From assembly GCA_964234715.1 (NCBI GenBank), contig OZ174276.1: 64,000 bases of DNA. The stretch is one strand, 5' to 3'. This document shows, piece by piece, positions 1 through 11,407 of the stretch. This DNA is from Podarcis melisellensis. Lineage: Eukaryota. Within the stretch, counting starts at the first letter, position 1, and every line of letters begins with the position of its first letter. The notes under the pieces are model-generated. The model saw nothing but the letters and a program-made list of their open reading frames with translations, was not told where the DNA came from and did no database searches. The translations under genes and the position numbers were made by a program.

Positions 1-400
1 CCGGACTGAGAAAGGCAACTCTGGGCAGGGAGGAGGGTGGGATGTTCTGCGAGAAATACTGTACCATATAAGCTACCTCTTCTCCATCTGCCCCGACCCA
101 CCCACCCGTGTTTTCTTACTTCCCCACTCCCCGGCAACATGTGCAAAAGTGGCGGGGACTTGAGAGAAACTTCTGCCTTCTGTCGGAGTGCGAGTGGTTC
201 ATTCATCGATGCCTCTTCGAGGTTTCCAGAGTCCCTTCCGCGTTCCTTTGGCTGCCCGTTCCTTGCGTGCTGTGTGTGCTGTGCAGAGAACCTCTTTTTT
301 GTGTGTGTTGGTACCTTGGCCAGTACTGCGGCTCCAGCGTTGCCCTAGTAGTTTCATGATCAGAAAGCGAAGAGATTTTGTGCCTCGTTGAGCATCTTGT
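1..400. promoter_or_regulatory. GC/CpG-rich shoulder, probably the 3' edge of the MBTD1 5' CpG island (TSS upstream of the window)
   Basis: Many CpGs in the first ~390 nt versus CpG-poor sequence after; lies 5' of all MBTD1 coding exons. Confidence 0.5.
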
Positions 401-403
401 GTA

Positions 404-634
404 CAGTGGTACCTCTGGCTACGTACTTAATTCGTTCCGGAGGTCCGTACTTAACCTGAAACTGTTCTTAATCTGAAGCACCACTTTAACTAATGGGGCC
501 TCCCACTGCTGCCGCATGATTTCTGTTCTCATCTTGAAGCAAAGTTCTTAACCCGAGGTACTATTTCTGGGTTAGCGGAGTCTGTAACCTGAAGCGTATA
601 TAACCTGAAGCATATGTAACCCAAGGTACCACTG
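404..634. mobile_element. Tc1/mariner (Tigger/pogo-like) MITE, family A
   Basis: TA|CAGTGGTACC...GGTACCACTG|TA TIRs with TA TSD; 4 copies in the window. Confidence 0.85.
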
Positions 635-1202
635 TATATGCTTTGCAAGGGGATGTGCAGACCAGTGTTCAACAAACATTTCATTTGATTGTTTTTAGAA
701 GGTTGAATGTGGCCTTTGAGAAAACAGAGGAAATGTTTAGGTCTGCCAATGTTCAGTAGTGTAGAAGAGAAAACCTAGTAATCCAGGAAATGCCATGACG
801 AGTCTATTTCTTTAATTTCCTATCTGCTTGCTACTTTTCCTCCCCTGACATTCACACTAATCTGTAGGATTCTGCAACCCGCTTTGTTGCATACAAGTAT
901 CCTGGAGCAGAAAGTAAACGAGTCAGTTTTACCTTTCTCAGGGAAAGCTTTCAGAATTAATGTTATAACGAAGACTTTAAAGAGAAATTGCCAAATTAAG
1001 ATATGCTGAATCCTGACAATGAGAAGTTTCACTGGATAAAGTACGAAAGATGTAACTTTTTCATTTAAAATGCATTGACTTTAATGCATTATATTTGTGA
1101 CGTTGAAATGCTGATATCAGCATAAAGTTGCATTTCCTTTGTTAAATGTGGCTTATTTGTAATTAAACTTAAAATACAGAACATTCTGTTATGTATATAA
1201 AA

Positions 1203-1400
1203 CCAGTGTGGTGTGTTGGAGTAAGTCCTGGGATACCAGGGTTCAAATCACCTCTTGGCCATGAAGCTCAGTGAGTGACTTTGGGTCAGTCACTGCCTCT
1301 TAGCCTAGCTTATCTCACAAGGTTATTGTGAGTATGAAATGGAGAGAGGGAGTACAATTTATGCCACCTTGAGCTCATTGGAGGGAAGTGGGATATTAAC
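1203..1400 (+). mobile_element. Old tRNA-derived Squam3/MIR-like SINE
   Basis: CAGTGTGGTGT head, GGTTCAAATC B box, GTGACTTTGGGTCAGTCAC core. Confidence 0.6.
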
Positions 1401-1600
1401 TTAGTAGCAACAATAAGTAAACATTGAGCCCTATTTTAATGTGTGTGTTAAGAGATACAGTAGTTTTAAAAGTTTTAAATTTGTGACAGTGTTGCTTTGG
1501 ACACTGCTGATGCAGAGCTTTATTCTCAAACTTTTTAGCGCTTTCCTCCTTAACTTTCCTTTCCATTATGTATCTAGACTAAACACCTTTTTTGTCTTAA

Positions 1601-1737
1601 GGCAGTCTTCCCCAGCCTGATATCCTCCAGATGTTGTTGGACTACAGATCCCTTTATCCCTGATTATTAGCCGTGCTGACTGTGGTTGATGGGAATTGTA
1701 ATCCAAAACATCAGGAAAGCATTGGGTTGGGAAGGCT
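1601..1737. mobile_element. Degenerate palindromic hAT MITE (ACTACAACTCCCATCA family)
   Basis: Similar to the intact copy at 30616-30752. Confidence 0.6.
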
Positions 1738-2349
1738 TTTTCTTGCCTTTCTACAATACTTGATTGGGCTTTAATTGGGAAACACTCATGTGCATGTATA
1801 CTGAGTATTCTCATTTGCTTCAGTCTCCTGCCCCATTAATTTGTCCACTGTTCTCTATTCTGCCCATTGTGCATTGTCTGTATATCAGAACATGGTAGCA
1901 TGTATATCTTGCAAATCTTTTACTTCCTTAAATAGAGTATCAGCAAATGCCTTACAAAAGCTTCTGAATGCATAGCTATTGGAGGGAACACTGTGTTCTC
2001 GATGTTGTGTTGTCAGTTAACATGAGAGAGCATTTGGATCTTACAGACCTAGCTGGTCCCCTATGTGAACTAATTATGCATTCTAGAATAGTCCCAAAGC
2101 CTTCTGTAATGTTTGTTGGTTCCGTTACAGATCTGTTGATATGGAAAGTGCTCACTGAGGGTAAAAGTTCTGAAAATTTATGGATTAGTGTATACTGGAA
2201 GACAACTGGGTCATACCTTCTGCTATCACTGTTGGTACCACAACACACAACAGCATGTGCATTAAATCTTATGGGCCAATCATGCAACCTGCTGCACTAA
2301 CAATAGGTTTGTAGGATACGGACCAATTATTATTCTGTTGCTTCAGTTC

Positions 2350-2990
2350 TTAAAACAAATTTTTATTGGCTTTACTTTTTATACAGATACAAGAACCATT
2401 AAACACTTATGCAGCAGTGCATCTAATGGTTTTTTTTCTATCCATTGACTTTAGACATGAGCTTACACATTCAATGTTCAAACATATTACTTAATGTAAT
2501 CTCTCCACTGAAAAGATTGAGCTGTTAGGATAACAATGTCTTGATTTTGGTCATTAACATAGCTAAAGAAAGGGGCCCACATTTATTGGAATGCGTCTCT
2601 TTTCATTAAGCCTTTAATTGTCCTCTTGTGTCTGGTGAGACGCTCAAACATTGCTGCACCCCAGATATTATTTCCCCAAATGTTCAGAGTTATTTCAGTC
2701 TGGTTCTTTTATTATTGAGCTATCATTAATCATGCTGCAGTCAGTAAGAAGCCTACTAGTTCTCTGTAGTGAATAGTGGAGCCCAAGTCTATGTCCAAAG
2801 ATAGTAAGGCTAAGGTAGGATTTGGAGAAAGAGGTTGGCTTGTAATTATGGATATAATGGAGAATATTGCAAAAGTTCCTACCAAACATGAAAAAACCAA
2901 GTTTTCCATAACCATTCCAACATAAAGGGCAAAGGGAGGGATTAATTTTTGCCAGCCTGAATGTCACCCAGTGCCAGTGGAGGCCTCCTG
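2350..2990 (-). mobile_element. L1/Tx1-type LINE 3' fragment
   Basis: Minus-strand translation ...LALLSL...LLTAA*LMIAQ**K...W...AMFERLT resembles the L1 ORF2 C-terminus; ends in AATAAAAA. Confidence 0.55.
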
Positions 2991-4504
2991 CAAGCAAGCA
3001 GAGATTGTTTTATGAGGGGTGGGAATGGCCCAGAGACCTCATTTGTGATCTTCAATTGAGTGGCCTAATTCTGATTCCCATACAGTTTGAAGGCCTCCAG
3101 CACCCACTGCTTCATGAACTAATAGATTGTTGTATATAGGGAAGCGGCATCTTTCAGGTCATATGCTGGTTACAGCTGCATTGTTATAATCTGTAATGAT
3201 TAGCTATGGCTGTAAGACAGCAATGAGTTATTACTTTGACTTGTCAGTTGGTTGTTGTAGCTATGTAAAAATTGAGGTCATTGACAAATGTTGCCTAAAG
3301 TCAGTGCACGAAGCTGTTGTTTGACATGAGCTAGGCAGAAAAGAGGTGTTTAGAGATGGGGTTGGGAACTGCTTGTCTGCATGACATTACAGAAGACTTT
3401 TGGTCAATGTTGAAGGTATCTATGTTGGTGCAACATTATATGCATAGTGTTTAGCACTGCAGCAAATTATTATGTTGGAAGTTGCTATTGACAGGGATGG
3501 ATGAGCTGTTGCTACAACTGATTCATATCAAAACCATTTTGTGCATCTTCACAGTCACACAACTTAAGTTTCTCTTGTCTCTTTCTTGTTCTTCAGATTG
3601 CAAGTGCCTTGGGATGAGGATGGATATATTTATTTAGAACATTTATTGGCAGCCCAAGTGACAAAGTCCTCTGGGTAGTTCACACAGAGTACAATTTAAA
3701 CATTGATTTTCAGTGTTTAAATTAATCATTCCCTGCCCTTCAAAACTAGCACTAGCAGCATAACAGCATTTAAAGTCAGAGAAAAACAATCAGTCTATGA
3801 GTATTCTGGGGCAATATGCATCTTGCTCTTCTTCGCCAGGACTTGTTAGATCCCTGAAATGTTTAAGCTGTAAGCTAAACTAGAAAGAATTGTAGTCTGT
3901 GGCCATAATAGTTTTTAAAAGTGGACAATCATTGCAGCATATATTTAAGTAACTGTATTAGTTATGCTGCAAATGTAATCAAGTTCTGTGGTGCCTTAAC
4001 TGCACTTGGGATAGTGGTGTCTAGCTCTCTCTCTTTTAAGTTCTCAATACCATGCTGCTATGCAAACTTGCCACCCAAGATGAATAAAATTTCATTGGGT
4101 GATCATCACAGAAATACTAGTACTTCTTTAAAATTATAGCAGAAATTATAATAGAAAACATACTATGTATGTAACATGGATGGACGTTTCTAATTTTTGT
4201 GAATGTCCAAATATGTAATTTTTTCAGGCTCTCCCATCTCCTGACAAAATTTACTGTGACTTTTGCTGTTGAACACTGTATTTACTTATTCTGCCTCACC
4301 CTACAAATTATGAAAGTTGCTGTGTGAATAAGTGTATGTCAAGTACTCATGTGTAATACAGTCATTACATTTCCACAGGCTCTTCTGTCATCCCAGTAGC
4401 ACGTATGAGCAATTCAAGTTTGCATGACTATGCTTTGCAGGTTGCAATCACTATCTTTTTCTCTTAATGATGCTCAGGTTGTGTCTAATAGTCATAAGCA
4501 GTAT

Positions 4505-5260
4505 AAAAGTTATGGGACAGAGATAGCTTTGGTTGCCTTGGTGGATAACTTAACAATGGGAACTGGACAGGGGGAGTGTGTCCTTGTTGATTCTGCCTGA
4601 CCTCTTTGTGGCTTTCAAAGCCATTGACCATGGTAGCCTTGCTGGGATAGGACTTGGAGGCCCTGTTTTACAGTGGTTCCATTCCTTTCTGGAGGGGTCA
4701 ACCCAGAAGTTAGTGCTGGGGGACTCTTGTTTGACACCTTGGCTGCTGGCTTGCGCAGTCCCTCAATGTTATGTTTTGTCCCTCATGCCACTGGGAGAGG
4801 TAATCCAGAGTTTCAGAGTTTGGTGTCACTAGTATGCTCTTTTTCTCCTTTCCACCTGAATCCAAGGAAGCTGTCTTGATTTTACTGGTGTCTGTGATCA
4901 GTAATGGACTGGATGAGGGTGAGCAAATTGAAATGTAATCTACAGATAGGCAAGACGTAGATGCTCTTGGTCAGTCAGAAAGCATAACAGGGAACAGAGA
5001 TTCCAACTGTGCTATGTGGGGTAGCACTCCCTCTGAAGACACAGGTTTGCTGTTTGGGCATGCTCCTGGACTCAGCCCTGATCATGATCACTCAGGTTTC
5101 TTTGGTGACCAGGAGTACATTTGCACAGTTAAAGCTAGTGTGCTAGCTGTGCCTGTTCCTTGAGATGTCTGATTTGACCACAGTGACACACACCTTAGGT
5201 ACATGCCGTTTGGAATACTGTAATGCCCTCTTCTTGGGAATGCCTTTGAAAAGTGTATTG
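4505..5260 (+). mobile_element. L2 LINE reverse-transcriptase fragment (decayed)
   Basis: GTEIALVALVD...SLLILPDLFVAFKAIDHG...VLQWFHSFL, typical of L2 RT, with frameshifts. Confidence 0.75.
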
Positions 5261-5986
5261 CTCTAAATGTTGAACATTCAGATACTGCTGATAGGTCTGG
5301 AACTGTTATGGGTGGAAGACACTATTTTTCAGTGGTCTGCTCCTTTCTAATTGCTCAGTATTGGAAGGTAGCATTTGATGACTTCTGTTCAACTATATAC
5401 CTGCTGTATATCATAAGGAACTACTTTGTCCATCCTGCCATTGAATGGGATTGTCTGATTTATGGATTGGGATGCTATTGATATTTGGATAACAAATGAA
5501 ATTATTATTTTATTTTTACAACGATTTCAGAAGTGGCATTTGTTTTAGCAAATAAAATGTGTAGCATGATCTGCACTATGCAAGGGATATCTCCTTAGTA
5601 ATGGCATTCTGAGATTGCGCATGGTAGAGCAGCCATTCACATAAAATCTAACTTTTGTGATGCTTGTTTTATTCTATCTCTGTCAGTTGCCATGGAAGTG
5701 TTTCTATGACAAATCATTAACTTTATGGGAATAGTCTACTTCAAAGACTGAGAATATGTGACGGAAACAGATGAGGGGTGGGTTGTGCTTAGTGGCTAAC
5801 AAAAGGGGGGAGAATGGACCCTAGAAGTTGCAAAGAAGAACAATGATACACTCTGGCTCTGGCTTTTCTCTCTAGTTCTGGTGTGAAATGAGAATATACC
5901 ACAGAAAAGCTCCACAGTTTCTGAAGAGAAAATGGTAGGTCAGTGAGCTTAATTCCCTTCTCTGGGTTGTTACGTGGGGTTGCATC

Positions 5987-6112
5987 AAGTGTGGTGTAGT
6001 GGTTAGAGTGTCGGACTAGGACCTGGGAGACCCGGGTTCGAATTTCCACACAGCCAAGAAGCTCACTGGGTGACCTTGGGCCAATCACCTGGTCTCAGCC
6101 TAGCCTACTTCA
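5987..6112 (+). mobile_element. Squam3-like SINE 5' half
   Basis: GTGTGGTGTAGTGGTTAGAGTGTCGGACTAGGACCTGGGAGACCCGGGTTCGAAT tRNA-like head with A/B boxes. Confidence 0.75.
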
Positions 6113-6723
6113 GCTAATGTATGCTGCCTGCTGGTTAGCCAGAAGTGGATGAACTGTTGATGAACAATGCTGGGTATACCAACACATGATAAACTTACCC
6201 TTGAATTCTCCTATTGAGGACTTTGGTGGCATATTTGAAATCCGTAACTTCAGGACTGATGCATTCTATAGAGAAGCTAGCAAACCAACATAATTTTTGT
6301 ATAGCTCATTGCTTTACATTTGCCTATATGTAAAGCAACATAAGTGCTCCTCTGTGATTTCTACAATGGAATATATAAGGGTAATAAATTAAATGTTTGT
6401 GTTTGGTTATTGAACATAATTTTGTTGGGTGCTCATCCTGAAGATTGCTTTGTGTAGTGCAAAGTATTTCATTTTTAGTTTATTGTATACCATGGCACCT
6501 ATGTAACATTTGCATTTGCTTTTCATTTTGTCTGTCTACATGTGTTGTTTCTCTGTGTAACTTAAGATTATGTAGTATGGATCTTCCACACTCAGTGGAA
6601 ACCTTTTAAAATGCTGAAATATCTCTTTCAACTCCTTTTGTTGAGAGGTTTTAACATTTTAGCTTTTCTTTTTAGACTGAACATTCTTCAAGATCTGAAA
6701 GGAAGAGACGTGATTCGTTCGGG

Positions 6724-6877
6724 ATGTTTGATGGTTATGATAGCTGTAGTGAGGATACCAGTAGTAGCTCAAGCTCTGATGAGAGTGAAGAGGAAGTTGC
6801 ACCTTTACCCTCAAACCTCCCAATTATCAAGAACAATGGACAGGTCTACACATATCCAGATGGCAAATCTGGCATGG
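6724..6877 (+). CDS. MBTD1: MBTD1 coding exon 1 (exon begins 6676; canonical ATG 6724)
   Basis: MFDGYDSCSEDTSSSSSSDESEEEVAPLPSNLPIIKNNGQVYTYPDGKSGM matches the MBTD1 N-terminus; acceptor tttag|ACT at 6675/6676; donor G|gtgagt. Confidence 0.96.
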
Positions 6878-7974
6878 GTGAGTGTATGATTTTTCAGTGG
6901 AATGCTAAATCAAATGGCCACTTCTGATTTCTCTGGTGCCAACTTCTTTTTTCTGCTTGGATGTTAGGAGCAGTGACCAAAGACTGATGCACATATGTGT
7001 CGCTTTGTGTGAAGACTGTTCTACTGTTTCATGTCAGTAAACTACAGCTAAACTGCTCCTAGACAACCATAGAAGTGTGCTTAAGTCCTAACAAAGTGCG
7101 TGCATGATTCCTTCCTTTAGCATGCTTACAGAAAAATATTCAGAGTCAGCGTCAGGAAGAAGGGGACATCGCCACACCTGAAAACTTAAGAGATATTGGC
7201 TTGGATCCATAGTTCCCATAGGTGGTAATTGACTACACTCACTCAGAGAAGGCTTACTGAAATTAATTAATCTAACTTAGTCATGTTCAGTAATTTCAGT
7301 GGATCTGCTCTAAGTAAACTTGAATATCACCCCCTGAGTTCCCCTCACAGGGCTTTCTCACTGGAGAAGAGGAGGAGGTGAATGTTGTCCGTTCCTGCAT
7401 CTTATTGCAGACACTGAATAGTTGCTCTGGTGGCTAGTGGGACCATCTTGAACAGTGTTGAGGTGCTCTTGGGGGAACAGGAAGCAGCAACAATTGCCAC
7501 CCTCCCTTCCTCCAGTGGGAGCCTGTACTGAATCTCAATCCCTTCCATTTGGGGAAGTTGCACCTTGGATCTAGCCCATTGGAGAGGTGGCACACGCTCC
7601 TCTACCAACGAAGCCACAAGCTAAACCATCCAGCATTTCTGCTGAAATCTTCCCAAGCCATGCTCCAGATTTCCTCTCCATGTCTGTGCATGCACACAAA
7701 GTTCACAAAAATTGATACAGAAGAGGTTCTAATCCCAGTTGGGATAGTAGGGGGCAAGATAAGAAAAGAAGAGCAAGATTTGGGATGAGGGAAGCTTGTG
7801 TGTGTGTGTTGCCTTTTATCTGAGGATCACAGGGTGGGTGACAGTATAAAAACTCAAAAATACACAACATAGTAACAAACAAGACAATAACACACCCCAG
7901 CTATTTAAAGACTTATCTGATTTTATGAAAACAAATGATTTAAGTAATCGTTTCTAGTGCAGTATGCTGTTTAT

Positions 7975-8373
7975 TAGGGCTTGGCAATATCTGGTTTTCA
8001 ACAACGTGATATATCATCAGCTAAACATCGTGATATACCAGTTGAAGTAAGGTTGTAACTATTTAGAAGCGAATGGGGTAATGTGCCTGCAACTGCTACT
8101 ACTTTGGGGTCTAAAACTGATACATGTTTACTTACCTTTAACATGTTGGGACAACTGTTATTTTATAGTACAGAGCAACAGGGGCGTCATGAATCATGTG
8201 AGAAGTGATGACTGGCTTCATTGTTTTCCCCACACCACAATTTTTTTTTACAAAGCACACACATACATCATGATTCATGATACACCACCATGTCAGATAT
8301 TATGAAACCATTATGAAACCATGCAGACCGCAAACCAATTTTGGATTATGTATCAATACATTGCCCAGCCCTA
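7975..8373. mobile_element. hAT (Ac-like) MITE
   Basis: TIRs TAGGGCTTGGCAAT / ATTGCCCAGCCCTA; 8-bp TSD ctgtttat / ctgtttgt. Confidence 0.75.
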
Positions 8374-8940
8374 CTGTTTGTAGCATACTTGTGGAGGATG
8401 CCTTCACCCAGTTTTGGAAGGGTTTTCCCCTCAGCCTGCACATTGAGTACAGGCCCTTGACTCTCCTGAGAGCCTTTATGAAGGGCTGCTGGGGAGAAGA
8501 GAAGAAGGAGCAGGGAAGTCAGCTTCTGCCAGCCTTCTTCTGTGGGTTAGATCTGGAGAAAAGCACGTTATGCTCAAATAAGTAAATTATTTGGGACATT
8601 AAAACTTTTTTTGTACAGTGGAAGTGGTAGTTCATTCTCTTCAACAGAAACGAATCTCCCATGTCAAATTAAGGAAAGAGAAAGAGAAATAAGTCCAAGA
8701 TAAAAAGCTGTTTAGAATCTACATAGAAGCTATTAAATATCTGATTGATGAAGGATTGTATTATAAAGATAATATATAATGCATATTTATATTTGTGGTG
8801 TGTCTAAGTGTTGATAGCCAACACACATTTTGAGTTGACTATCTTGTATGTAGACTGCATAGAGCCATGGCTGCTTGACAATGAATGTGGCACTTTATAG
8901 TATAGATGTAATACATTGGCCATCTTTCTCCCTTTATCAG

Positions 8941-9074
8941 CTACCTGTGAAATGTGCGGGATGGTTGGTGTCAGAGATGCCTTTTACTCTAAAACCAAGC
9001 GCTTCTGCAGTGTTTCCTGCTCAAGAAGTTACTCATCGAACTCTAAGAAGGCCAGCATTCTGGCCAGACTTCAG
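8941..9074 (+). CDS. MBTD1: MBTD1 coding exon 2 (FCS-type zinc finger)
   Basis: ATCEMCGMVGVRDAFYSKTKRFCSVSCSRSYSSNSKKASILARLQ; tttatcag| acceptor, CAG|gtaacg donor. Confidence 0.96.
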
Positions 9075-9204
9075 GTAACGGTACAGTCACAGTTTTATTA
9101 TCTTTATTATATAGATAAGTTTTAAAACAGATTTTTTACAACACAGATTAATTTTTTTTTGCTGCTGCTTATTAATTAATTAACTTGTCCATAATATTGC
9201 AATT

Positions 9205-10988
9205 TCCAGAAGGGTAGCAGCATTGGCCTCCTGTAGCAAAAGCAACAAAATTTGTGGCGCCTTAAAACTAACACATTCATTATGGCTCTAGCTTACTTTG
9301 TCAGACGCATGAAGTGAAATTTTAGTTGGCAGTTGTGAAAATAACCAAATTGTAAGGTGGAAGTTGAATGACAATGAGATGCCTTGGAAGGCAGGCTTGT
9401 GCTTGCTCACAGACGACCCCCAACCTAAAACAGTTACTCACCATCAACAAAAAGCCACATAGCAGAGATAAGGACACAAGGACCAGATCTAGAACCCAAC
9501 TCTACTCCCATGACCACTGCGGCAACACTGTAGCAGGATAGAATAATGTTGTCCACAACTTCATGGGCTCATTCGTCTGCTCATCTTCCAGTGTGATTTA
9601 TTCCATTATCTGCCAATAATGTCCTTCTACATAGGACAAGCAGTTAAGTCTCTGTGCAAAAGAACAGCAATAGATAGACACAAATCTGCTAACAGAAATG
9701 GCAAACCTGTAGGGGAATGCTTTAATATTTCAGGACACTGTAACTGACCTTAAGGTGGCCATTCTGGAATGAAGGAAGTTAAAGGATGTGGGTGGCGCTG
9801 TGGGTTAAACCACAGAGCCTAGTATTTGCCGATCAGAAGTTCAGCGGTTCGAATCCCCGTGACGCGGTTAGCTCCTGTTGCTCGGTCCCTGCTCCTGCCA
9901 ACCTAGCATTTAGAAAGCACCTCAAAGTGCAAGTAGATAAATAGATACCGCTCCGGCGGGAAGGTAAACGGCGTTTCTGTGTGCTGCTCTGGTTCGCCAG
10001 AAGCAGCTTAGTCATGCTAGCCACATGACCCGGAAGCTGTACGCCGGCTCCCTCGGCCTATAGAGCGAGATGAGTGCCGCAACCCCAGAGTCGGCCACGA
10101 CTGGACCTAATGGTCAGGGGTCCCTTTACCTTTTACCACATGAAACAGCTGAGTTAGAATTTATCAGTGAGTTAGATGGCATGAGTTCTAGGTTTGCCCT
10201 TGTTTGTGTGGACAAACTTTTTCAGTTTGGTGAAAAGATCTCTGCCATAGATTTTAAAATAATACAGAATAACCACCTGTCTTCATTTGTTGTTTTTGTA
10301 CTGTTTTCAAAACTGTTTTTAGTTTGTGTTTGTCTTGAAATGTATATGGAAGGCAATTCGTAAATTAATGAATTAAATAAAATGCAGAGAGGGCAGGATT
10401 CAACGAAGTTGTTGCGATGGGAGAACAAGGTCTGTTTGCACACTGGGGCTGCTCTCCACCACCACCCCACACCACCTAAATCTGCTTTGCAGAGCTGGGA
10501 GAACCTTCATAACAGGTTTAGGAGGTGTGTGGGAGGAAGGGCAGGAAATATTGTTGCGCAAATGGACCTTTACCCCCATGTGCACTTAGTACTAAGTTGG
10601 ATTTCACTCAAAGGATTTTTATTATACTACATGTGTTAATTGACTTACCTCTGCCAGGGATATCTGACATCTATGATTGTTTCTTATGAATGGTTCCCTG
10701 CCCCATTATAGTTGTAATTCAATTACCTTAGCAAAGCTGGGTAAATTATTATCAATCTGTGATTAGAAAAGTGTGCCTACATGTTTAAGCTCTTATTATC
10801 ATGGTCCGTAATCTTTGTATCCAATTGCCATTCAGCTCCCACCTTACAGTTTTCATCCTCTGTATGCCTGCCAACTAAGATTTCGCTTTATGCATCTGAA
10901 ATGGGCTTGAGTCCACAGAAGTATATATCGCAGTAAATCTTGTAGTGTTTGAGGTACCACAAGGCTTAGTTGTGTTTATTGGCTACAG
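9205..10988 (+). mobile_element. Decayed Penelope-like element (GIY-YIG fragment with inverted pseudo-LTR), interrupted by a SINE
   Basis: 9570-9780 and 10140-10180 read like GSFVCSSSSVIYSIICQ*C..YIGQ..HKS..RNG.KPVGECFNISGH..DLKVAIL..ETAELEFI; 9300-9380 is the reverse complement of 10820-10900. Confidence 0.7.
9784..10137 (+). mobile_element. Full-length Sauria SINE (lacertid POM-type)
   Basis: GGTGGCGCTGTGGGTTAAACCACAGAGCC head, GGTTCGAATCCC B box, tail GGTCAGGGGTCCCTTTACCTTTT. Confidence 0.9.
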
Positions 10989-11185
10989 TAGTTACATTTT
11001 ATTGTATTGTAATATTTTATTATGTGGATTGTGTTGTGTGTATATGTTGTATGTTTACATAATGTAAACTGCTGTAAGATAATACAGAAAAAGAGCATTG
11101 TAGAAATGTTTAAATTAAAACTGCTCACCACTTGATTCTAACCTAGTGGTTGTTACCACTTCTCAGTAAAACAAACTGCAAGTTT

Positions 11186-11407
11186 TATGATATGATATCT
11201 TTATTGTCATTGTCCCATACAGAACAATGAAATTGAAAGATCTACATAAGACATTCAAAAACCCCTAAAAACTCTGAAACCCCATTTTAAAATACAATAT
11301 ACTATAGAGACTCCTTATACTGCATTTAGAACCAGAATTGCATTTGGGTAGAAACTGTTTCTCAGGCAGCTAGTCCTGGTCTTTATAACCCTATACCTTC
11401 TTCCAGT
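11186..11407 (-). mobile_element. Rex1/Babar LINE 3' end
   Basis: Minus strand encodes GRRYRVIKTRTSCLRNSFYPNAI (Rex1/Babar C-terminal motif), then ACAATAAAGATATC tail. Confidence 0.7.

Noticed and set aside
868-1050. Possible 5'UTR exon after the ctgtag acceptor
   Set aside because: No convincing donor and no recognisable homology; cannot be supported from sequence alone
3570-3620. Strong polypyrimidine tract plus cag acceptor
   Set aside because: No clear partner donor or open frame; runs into a decayed LINE tail
5987-6050. tRNA-like sequence with A/B boxes
   Set aside because: Continues into the Squam3/MIR-like core, so it is a SINE
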